Made by a program: the position numbers and the translations under genes. The notes under the pieces are model-generated. The model ran no database searches. It saw only the letters and a list, made by a program, of their open reading frames with translations, and was not told the origin of the DNA. DNA of 64,000 nt, taken from positions 13,702,001-13,766,000 of the forward strand of contig OX597818.1 in NCBI GenBank assembly GCA_951406725.2. The letters are read 5' to 3'. Shown here piece by piece: positions 53,731 through 64,000 of this stretch (within the stretch, counting starts at the first letter, position 1; the number at the start of each line of letters is the position of its first letter). Origin of the DNA: Octopus vulgaris. Its lineage: Eukaryota.

Positions 53731-54231
53731 AATTTATGTGTTTACTTCATTATTATATTCCTGCAGTAGTATTTTGACCATATAACACGTGGAATGTAGA
53801 CGGGCAATTTAAACCCCTCGTGTGCATACGCAAATATATGTGTGTATACGTTCGTATATGTAAGTGTTCGCATGTTGTATATATATATATATATATATAC
53901 TTAAATATATATTCGTCATTATGTTCTTTGTGTGTATATTCCAACAAAAAGGCAAAGTATATTGGTTGCAAGACCAGGAATATGGATCTGGGATTTTCCT
54001 ATAATTTTTACTAGTTTATTTGTCGCTTTGTCTTTTATACTGGTTGCTGTATGACTACTGGTGTATGTGGTTTCAGAGTCAAGTTTTGACTGCTATCTCT
54101 AGCATAGTTTTATCTTTTAGATGACCTTAATTATAATTTATATATATATATAAATATATATTTATAAATATAATATATATATAAATCATATATATATATA
54201 TATATAAATATATATATAAATATAAATATAT

Positions 54232-54290
54232 AACCCATGCTAGCATGGAAAACGGACGCTAAACGATGATGATGATGATGATGATGATGA
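54232..54290 (+). mobile_element. Extremely 5'-truncated retroposon tail with (GAT)n
   Basis: AACCCATGCTAGCATGGAAAACGGACGCTAAAC(GAT)n inserted in an AT-rich tract. Confidence 0.55.
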
Positions 54291-56947
54291 TATAAATATA
54301 TATTTATAAATATAATATATATATATAAATATATATACATTATAATTTATATATATATATAATTTGTATATATATTGGTCAAGAAAACAATTTCTCCACA
54401 TAATGCGTATAAAATATTTTCCCAACGTGGGGATCAGTGGCAAAATAACTGTTACTATCATGTTGCTTGATTTCATTTACCTGATGGTTGCTTTTACCAT
54501 TTCCTTATTTTTAGCTACTTTTCCAGTGAAAGTTTGAAACTCCTGTTTCAAGGGAATGTACGCGGTTTTTACTCTACAAATACTGTTAGGATATTCTTTC
54601 CAGCAATTCCTCTTGTCCTTTCATTTTAGTTATCCAGCCATTGTAAACGCGTAATTACATTCTATTATTAAATTTGACTAAATATATACATGCCTATCAT
54701 TCATTATATATGTACTGATCTATTGAAACTGAGCGAAGACATAAGAATGTTGTTTCCTAACAAAAACATGTGAAGGAGCTTTGTACAGATACAACACATT
54801 CCCATACACCATTCTCAGTGGAAATCACAAAACTCATACTTAATCCAGTGCGTTCATCGAACACTAAGCACACAAACATACCAAAGATGCTGCATAAGGT
54901 TTTCATTAGCGGATCTCTTTATCACATGTCCACTTATATAGAAACCATTCAAAGACAACGTTCTAGTTTACAAAATAGCTGTCATGTTTTGAAGCGCGTT
55001 TAGGACCCAAGAACAGCACTTCCAATATCTGCAATTTCTATAATCACGTCAACTGTCTCCCAGGGCCATTGGACACCTAAATATATACACATCATATGGA
55101 CGTACTTCTATTGAATATTTTCAAGTGCAGCTGCTTGAATTCGGAAAACGATTTTCTAACTGCCGGCAATATAATTCTGCAAGAGTAGGAGAATAACGTC
55201 GTTTAATGTATCACTTATATACTAGATAAAAAAATGTCTAAAGCAATAAATCATCGCACCAATCAACATAATGTTACCACAAACTTCTCTTGAAAACGCA
55301 TATGTTCCACTACGTTACCTTAGAAAATTGACGCCACTCACAAATAAGAGCCAAGAAAACAGAATCATGCATCAGCAAGTAGCACTGCTTTAAATTCCAA
55401 ATCTCAAAATCTTTCACTATATGAACAGGTTGAGATATCTAAACTATTAGACATGTAATATTGAGATATATAAAGTATTCAGGACATCTGAAAACAGTAC
55501 TCTCAAGGCATAATTTCTTTCCTTTATACCAGTCAAAAATAAAAATACAGAAACACAGAAACGGCTACAGAAGCGTGAGAAGCTTTATATTCTGAGATGA
55601 AAAGAGAGGAAAACCAAATATCGTTCTCAGACCGAATTCGTCATGCTTTTCTTTGGCGTGGCAACCACCAGAATCTTGGGGGTTGATTTCAACTTTGAAG
55701 CTTGATACGAATTGGACGTTTCATCCACTAAGAACACCAGTTAAACTTTTCTTAAATCAATGGTTTTCTGATTGGAAAATGGAAGACCACATTGAATGGT
55801 GTAACGCAAGGTACTTGGAGAAGCGAAATAGTTATCATTGGATCGACTGTTATCAACGTATGTCTGATCCTCAGACAAATGTAAAACTGGAGATTAAATA
55901 GAAAACATGGCTTGACTCTTACGCTACACCACGCATGACTCACATTTACATTTTATGTACGTATTGTGTAAAGTGATGCAAGCGTGCGCATCGTTATATT
56001 CCGTGGTTAAGTGGAAACAGTATAAATGGGAGAAGCGACATACTCCTTGATATTTAACATCACGGTTGACTATGACTTATGCAACAAATAACAAGAAAAC
56101 CAATAGTAGTAACAATAACTAATTTGCCACGTGTGAGAGACATGCAATTTTTCTATAGCCCATATTTTCCTTACAGTACTGAATGATAAGAACGTCGCAT
56201 ATATGTTACAAATCATGTTTTTTATCGTCTAATAACTGGATAATGATGATAATACAAATTGTCTTATATATGATGCACACTGCGTGAAACAGAAAATTTA
56301 GTACCCGTTTGAATCAACCAGAAGAAATGTTTTGAGCAATCGAATCGTTTCCTATCAAAGTGATAATGTTATTTGCATTCCTATGAAAATAAGTTTCTAA
56401 ATTACACTGAAACAGAAAGGAAGCAAATAAAAAAGTTAAATCGTATTTATGATTTGGAACTATATTGTAATGAAGTACTGATTCGAACTCATATATGTTG
56501 GAGAGCTAACATATCGTCTTTTAACGTCTTGCTACGGTTAAATAATATGATGTTCAAATAGAGCTCACAGAATAGTATTCGGCAAAATTTAATATCAGAC
56601 CCGTGCAGTGCCACTGAAACACTCTCTGAAAAATAATATCGGTATGATGGTTATAAGTCATACACATAATGTACGTGTCTAATATATTCTACATCTCGTG
56701 ATATCTGTTTGTAGTAAGGCACGCCGATATATTAAGCAATTTTTCAGCTACATTATCACTAATAAGTTTTATTTGTTACTTGGGGTTGTTCCATTAAACA
56801 TCAGTATGAATAACACGACTTAAAACGATATAGATATTTCCTTATTATCACCTCTGCCATTAAAAATCACAGACCATATTTTATGTTTGAGTAATTTGAT
56901 ATCTGAGTCGTATTATCTGAAACTAGATCCGAGCAAGACCACCAACA

Positions 56948-57138
56948 GATCTTTACCTTTTGACCGACAGATTTAAAACATAATTTTTTGTAACTAAACT
57001 CTTTCAAACTTTGGACACTGGTAGAATGTGTCATATAAAATATGTTTTGACTCTTAGCATTCTACCAGTGTCAGAAGTTTGAAAGTGTTTAGTTACAAGA
57101 AATTATTTTTAAAATCTGTCTGTTAAAAGATAAAGATC
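56948..57138. mobile_element. Foldback MITE with ~80-bp inverted arms
   Basis: GATCTTTA...GACACTGGTAGAATG / CATTCTACCAGTGTC...TAAAGATC. Confidence 0.75.
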
Positions 57139-58019
57139 CCCACTAACTCGTCAGTATAAAATATTTAATATAATACGGCAAGTCAAGCACAAATGTAATG
57201 CAAACTTTTAATTTCTTATAAGAACTCCGCAAATAACTTGATAAATAAACCCAGGATATTTTAGCGACATTAACCGTTGTCTTGCATGAACATTAATTAA
57301 TCGATGGTATTTTGTGATAGTTCCTTGTTACAGTAAATCAGGGAAACCCTTCACCTTTTCAATATCAAATACCATATGTAGAACAGAAAATACCAACAAA
57401 AAAGAACATGTCAATTTTAGCTACAAATGAAGAAAGTTTAAAAGAACTAATGAACATGTATGCAAACCTCGTTACAGTAATCAACACGCTCAATAGGATA
57501 CAAGCTCCTGCCTGACAAAATAATAAGAAACTGGAAGTAAAGTAACAACACCTATATCATCGGTGAAATCTCCTTCCGGAAAATTTCTCCCAAACATGAA
57601 AAAATTTTTTCTTAAGGAAATCTATGCAAGGAACACAAAGCCATAAAACACAGGCTTGAAATACACTAAGCACAACATAACCAGTCAGAAAAAAATTAGA
57701 TGATTTCCCAATCAAAAAAAAAATCTGTACTGGAAAAAAATATTCTTTACAAAGAGAGTTGAAATCAAAATTTATGATGATATGTATTGGAAAGGAATCG
57801 AAGTCAACACCACTGATCCTGCCTCGCAGTCTGCAAAGCCATCCCATCACTGAATGCAAACACATACCATCACACAAAGACGACAAAAAGGTAACATGGC
57901 ATGAGAGCAAAAGTGGCAATATGTTGCCAGTATTTAGTATTCATAAGTAAATCATTAACCGCCATTCAACTGGAAGCTGAGCAAATACGGTCAATATCAG
58001 GAACTCTGATACTGATTGA

Positions 58020-58428
58020 TACTCTTTTATTCACTTGTTTCAGTCATTTGACTGCAGCCATGATGGAGCACCACCTTTAGTCGAGCAAATCGATCCCATG
58101 ACTCGTTCTTTGTAAGCCTAGTACTTATTCTATCGGTCTCTTTTGCCGAACCGCTATGTTACGGGGACGTAAACACACCAACATCGGTAGTCAAGTAACG
58201 TTGGGGGGACAAACACAGACACACAAACACATACACACACACACATATATATACATGTATACGGCGGGTTTCTTTGAGTTTCCGTCTATCAAATCCACTC
58301 ACAAGACTTTGGTCGGCCCGAGGCTATAGTAGAAGACACTTGCCCAAGGTGCCACGCAATGGAACTGAACCCGGAACCATGTTGTTGGTAAGCAAGCTAC
58401 TTACCACAAAGACACTCCTGCGCCTATG
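58020..58428 (-). mobile_element. Full-length tRNA-derived CORE-type SINE
   Basis: Minus strand head with B-box-like GGTTCAGTTCC, CORE-like CCTTGGGCAAGTGTCTTCTACTATAGCC, internal microsatellite, tail TGACTGAAACAAG. Confidence 0.8.
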
Positions 58429-60070
58429 AACAACTACTGAAAATATCACTCAGAAGACCATGCATTTATGAAAGAACGGGCTAACTAATATTCTTTCACT
58501 CACTCATTGAAATAGAAGCAATATGCATATACTTCATTCTAACCTTCTTTTCTGCAATAACGCGGTATTTGGTATTTATTTTGAGATTCGAAAACGAAAT
58601 ACAGACAGGTCAGGAAAAAAATTGCTTTCTTGGATGTTGTATTCTAGATTCTAGATCTAATATATAGTGAATTCTCTAGTATAATTTTCTAACAGAAGGT
58701 GGTAATATGTTACTTTTGAAGTGTGCATTTTAGGACTCAGACGGTGAAAGTTAATTTTAGTCCCGTCGACAAGCCGTGAAGAGAGAAAGTCTTGTCTGTA
58801 ATATGTTAATTTTAGAAGGCTAGGTATGGAAATTTGACATTTATACGAATAACAATCCCTTCAGGAAGTTGTTTAGGCCATGTGTGTGTGACATCAGTAC
58901 TTTAAGAGGTGTGAAAAACTTGTCAATGTAAATGGCTTATGGAGTTGATAGTTGATAGATAATCAACAACTGTATAGTATTGAATTAATTCTTGCCCCCG
59001 TTAATATGCCTGGTTTTATGGCAACATACAGATGCGGTCGAATGAAGAGATAGACATTTTTTGCAAGAGGGTTTGACATGCAGAATTAAGTGTGTCTAAA
59101 ATCTTATCGACATGTATACTGCAAAGTTTTCATGCTTTACCTTAGTTTAAATTTCTCAGAATATACTACGCTGTTTAGTAAGCTGATAATATATTCGTAC
59201 AAAAGATTTCAATCTGTTATCAGATAACTTAGTAATCATCAGTCAGACCATATCCTCCACAAAGTTGTAAACACGTCACGAGGAAAACAAAAATCCGTGT
59301 AGAAATCAACAAGGAAGTAAAAAACGTAATATATGATTTCAAGCACTTCTTCCAATATTGATATGTTTCTCTTTCCAAATTGAACTAGTGAAATTGAAAC
59401 ATTGTTTTTAATGAAAAACAAATATTATTTAAGATATTTTGTGAAACTGCACCAAGGGTTGATTGTCAATGCATAATAATCAGTATTTGCCATGCCACTC
59501 AAATAAACGTAGAAAAATAAGGTTCATTTATTGAAATTTCGACGAAAACAAGGTGGGAATTGGATATCATTTCTAATAGTTTCACGAAAGCCTATACCAT
59601 AGAATGTAAAAAAAAAGACAGCCATTATGTAAAGAGCTTGTTTTTAATTTTTTCTGTGGTATTTCCCAAGAAAATTGATTCTTCCGAAAATATTTGCAAT
59701 AGCATAAAATAATACGATCTCAATCTCGAAAAAGTAATATGTGAATATTTTATTAAGCAGGAAGAACTATTAATCGCTCAAGGAATATCGTATAATAATA
59801 ATGTCAGCATTATGATATTTACGACTATATTTTGTTTCCAGGAGATATCAGAAGATATATCTGTCTGAAATATAGAAACATTATATATTTGGAACGTGGT
59901 AAATAAATACTGCTCCTGTTGACTATATTTTCGTGGAAAGATTCTTATCACACGTTTAATAATATCCCTAAGGAAATTTAAACAAAATATACTATTGAAT
60001 TTCTGTTCTGCAACCAGAAGAGAATGATCAGGCGAGACTACGCATTTACCTCATTAAAATCAATGAATAT

Positions 60071-60181
<111 letters not shown>

Positions 60182-60204
60182 CATACATACATTTAGATTT
60201 ATAT

Positions 60205-60605
60205 ATTTACTCATTTACACGTTTCAATCATTTGACTGCGGCCATGCAGGAGCTCTGCCTTCAGTCGAAGAAACCAAATCCAGGACATATTCTTTGTAAG
60301 CCTAGTACTTATTCTATCGTTCACTTAGCCGAACCGTTATGTTTCGGTGAGGTAAACACACCGACATCGGTCACCAAGCCATGGTGAGGGGACAGACAGA
60401 GACACAAAGGCAAACACACATAAATATATATACATATTTATACACGACGAGCTTCTTTTCAGTTTCCGTCTAACAGATCCACTCACAAAGATTTGATCGT
60501 TCCGCGGCTATAGTAGAAGACACTTGACCATAGTGCCACGCAGTGGGCTTGAACCCAGAACCATGTAGTTGGGAAGCGAGCTTCTTAACACACATCAACG
60601 CTGGT
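60205..60605 (-). mobile_element. tRNA-derived CORE-type SINE (diverged copy of the 58-kb family)
   Basis: Collinear similarity to 58020-58428. Confidence 0.7.
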
Positions 60606-60623
60606 ACATAGAAACATACATAT

Positions 60624-60690
<67 letters not shown>

Positions 60691-60755
60691 ACGGGAAGCT
60701 TTATGAAAATAAACAAAAGACGAAGGCAGGTGGAATACAAACAAACATATATATA

Positions 60756-60788
<33 letters not shown>

Positions 60789-61004
60789 TTATTTATACTC
60801 TCAAAACATGAATTCTTGAATTGCAAGGAGATCCACACACACAGACATACCACGGAGTAATGATTTATGACATGTATATTTGACATGAGCTTCATGAGAT
60901 GACTTCGTATGTTTGCAATGAATACAAACATCAATAACATGTGTATATATGAAAGAGAGCGAATGCCTCCCTCTCTTTCACTCTCTCTCTCTCTCTCTCT
61001 CCCT

Positions 61005-61240
61005 GGTTTAGTGCTTAGTGGATAGTATATTGTACTCAAGATCGCTAGATCGTGATTCCAATCCCTAGACCTGGTTAGGATGAAGGTTTCTGTTATTTCG
61101 CCCAGGAAACATCATATCCAGCTGGCTATCGACGCACTATCTGCGTACTTATATTTTCAAACAAAGGAGCTTAATGTTCCCACTCAGCTCTAAAGTAATA
61201 TCTGTATACCAATGGTTTCTTGGTCATTTCAAGTATAGAA
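61005..61240 (+). mobile_element. tRNA-headed SINE relic sharing a module with the 360-bp retrozyme unit
   Basis: Degenerate A box GTGCTTAGTGG and B box GATTCCAATCC. 61085-61180 aligns by eye with ~4123-4220. Confidence 0.5.
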
Positions 61241-61600
61241 TTGTTAAGTTAACAATCTAGATGAATACATTGTTACATTCTTACTTTACAACTCCAGTAT
61301 ACACTAACTTATCCCCCTTCTGGGGTCTATGCCAGGTTTTATACTATGAGCTTTAAGCATAAATGTCATATGTTAACAGTTTTCAGCCGTTTACTCAACA
61401 TGCAGGAATTAAACACCTATTTTGTATATCTTAAGCTATCTCTGAAGAGATTCAACTTTCAAAGGTTTTTCAATTTTATTAATTTTCTGGAAAGTTCTGG
61501 AATTGAAGCAGCTGCAAGGGATATTTGTCAGTTTTTTAATTAATAAATAATAACTTATTAATTACATTCCTATTTTCTCATTTTAGTTTATATATAAATA

Positions 61601-61648
<48 letters not shown>

Positions 61649-61848
61649 CATACATACATAGAGTATTTACTATGTCATAGGGAATTTCCATCGTTTCGAA
61701 TAAGTCTCTATTCGGATGTGAGGCTAAATGAAAAACGTGCGGAACAGTAATTTATGTATTCCCTATCGGATCATCTTCTGATAAGTGACTGTTTCCCAAA
61801 TTATTTGATAGAGTTTGAGCTGACAGGAAGTAATGGATGAGGAAACTT

Positions 61849-61886
<38 letters not shown>

Positions 61887-62079
61887 AGAGAGAGAGAGAG
61901 TGAGTGAGTGAGTGAGTGATAGTGAGAGAGAGAGAGAAAGAGAAGTATTATATGAATGGAAAGTTAACAGGAAGAGAAGCTGTTGATGTTGATGTCTAGG
62001 GAAAATTTGAGTGACATTTGAACTAAATTATAAAACAATAATTACTAATTAAAAGAAAATATTGAATTGAAATAATCAT

Positions 62080-63560
62080 TGTACAATTTCAAGATGGAAT
62101 ATGAAACACCCTTAGTTTACAGAGATTCCAAACATTAACATGATTACTCGGGGGATTAGCGTTATCATGAGGTGAATGTCGACATTACTCGGATTACATA
62201 ATAGAAAAATATTAACATCTTCCTCAAAGAACTATCTTTAAGGTGATGATTTGTGTCACCTAAGGAATGTTCAGCGAATTGAGTCTGTGGACGTGAAGAA
62301 AATGCAGAAATTTTGAACAAGTCATAGCGGATTTTATGCGCTCATAGTAAGAGAAGGATCATCGGGTATACGCATAATAGTCACGGGCTTATATTAGACG
62401 GAGTTGAGAGTGTATATTGCCAAAATTATTGTTGATATTCAAGAAGTTGATGGAGTTGTCAAGTGGTCGTCATGAATTTAAGGCAAAGTAAAACAATTTA
62501 ATAAATGGCATAAATATACTAAGTTACGTGAGCGCGTGCGCAATGGGTGTCTTGGGGTACTTGTATAGTGAGCGTAACAGCTCTTTGTTGGATATCACAA
62601 AATCGTAGAAGTACAGGGTGCCGATCTGTGTATCCATAGAGAACCCATGTATTTATTAATTTCGCCACAAAATGATTGACAATGAGTTTATCTGAACATT
62701 TAAGTGAAGGAATGTTGAATACGGATCGAATGTAGCTGTGAATTTAGCTTTATGGGTTGATAATAGTTCGCTGTAGAGGAATGACTGTGTAAAGTGATTT
62801 GGTATCTTAGAGGAAGTGAAATTTGCACAGTCTAAGCATGAAGAAACTAAGTGCTGGAAAAGATTTTTCTGTACTGTTTGGTGGTATCGAAGAATTTCAT
62901 ATTATTATGACACGTATAAATGAAACCAATAATGTAGTCCCAGGCTGGTTATAGAAATGCTGTTGTATTTTTGAAATTGGTGAAATTGTCTTCTGTTGAA
63001 GCTTCAAAACGTCTGTTACATGAAAATGGTCTTAAAACGCGCCCGGTTACAGTATGTTCATTGAAGTCGCTTAACCACTCTTGAAAGGAGATATACTTTA
63101 GACCCCTACTAAGGAGGGTTCATTTGGCGTCCAAAGGTGGAATAGTGAACACTGGTGATGATGTCTCGAAAAATGCGAAATGAGAGCGATGATATCAGAA
63201 AAGCAGGAACGTATTGCGGTTTTCTTAGTGCTTGAGAAATATGATGTAACGATCACTGTTAAGGTGCTCTGTGTGAAGATATCCAATAGATTACGATGGT
63301 AGAGCACGATTGAGAAAAACACCAGTGCTCCGCCTGCAACAACAAGACCTGAGCCAGGTGTGTAAAGATCTTTCCATGGACAAAGTGACGAATGAATGCC
63401 CCGGGTTTCGGAGATCTCTGCGACCGTTGTAGAAGCTGAGTCTGTGCAGAAAGCTGACCCCTTGCTGGAAGCTGAGCCATTGCTGGAAGCTAAGCCATTG
63501 CTGGAAGCTGAGACCATGATGGAGCTGTTATCTCCCGCCACAATCTGAGTTTGTTGAGAC
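62080..63560 (-). mobile_element. Highly decayed Penelope-like RT region
   Basis: Minus-strand remnants GFSMDTQIG (G.AMGT.MG), NFLNIN (FLD) and YKPVT (YKPT) in PLE RT order. Confidence 0.5.
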
Positions 63561-64000
63561 ACTAATGATTAACATAAGAGTGTGAAATATAAGCCTCGCT
63601 TGGTTCAAATACGTGAGAATACAGTCGATCTTGACACTTCTTTACAGATGTCATTTTCAAGTGTGTAACTAATAAACCACTGTTAAAATCATTGGCATAT
63701 AATATAAATGTATGTGTACGTGTGTGAGTGTATTGCAATCATTTTAAGTATATTCCTGCCAATGGACATTCTAAAATCCATTACACCCAGACAAAAGCCT
63801 TGGTTCGTAATTTCTATGAAACCAAACAAATAATAAAATCGATAAACTATTTTCTAATGATATATATTTATTCATTTTATTTAAACGCTAAACAGAATAT
63901 TACTTGCTAAAGTGAAGAGTAAAACTGAAGTATATTTTGTAAATTATTTCGATTTACTGCGGATATCGTGTACTTTTTCTCGTATTTTATGCAATAACAC

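Noticed and set aside
58780-59150. Possible piggyBac relic (minus-strand IYIDKFFT)
   Set aside because: Single short motif with no supporting motifs or termini.
61685-61725. Minus-strand CCGAATA...TTC-GAAA-CG near the Penelope relic
   Set aside because: Core and cleavage triplet too degenerate to call.
63098-63562. 154-aa ORF with SSNG repeats and a hydrophobic segment
   Set aside because: GTG start, partly built from an 18-bp tandem repeat, and contiguous with a decayed Penelope-like RT. No recognisable family.

Overview
AT-rich, microsatellite-dense eukaryotic DNA. The SINE, Penelope, mariner and Helitron complement suggests a coleoid cephalopod, probably Octopus (inferred from repeat content only). 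I recognise no intact host protein-coding gene, rRNA or tRNA. The window is mostly decayed mobile elements: four mariner copies, a ZBED1/Ac-like hAT, Chapaev3-like and hATm-like scraps, Helitrons (one with Pif1 helicase sequence), R4-like/RTE/CR1 LINE relics, Penelope-like elements, tRNA-SINEs and many foldback/MITE palindromes. The standout is a young ~2 kb insertion at 3711-5706. It holds ~5.5 nearly identical ~360-bp non-coding units, and each complete unit carries a type I hammerhead ribozyme fold with a variant core (CCGACGA...GAAA-CCATGG-TC). The units form two divergent arms between ~32-bp target-site duplications. This fits a retrozyme-like (circular-RNA-derived) element inserted by twin-primed reverse transcription. 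Part of the monomer, plus a decayed hammerhead, recurs antisense inside a tRNA-headed SINE relic at ~61.0-61.2 kb. Further minimal hammerheads sit in Penelope pseudo-LTRs at 22.0, 23.2 and 25.0 kb. All family assignments come from motif recognition by eye; no searches or folding were run.
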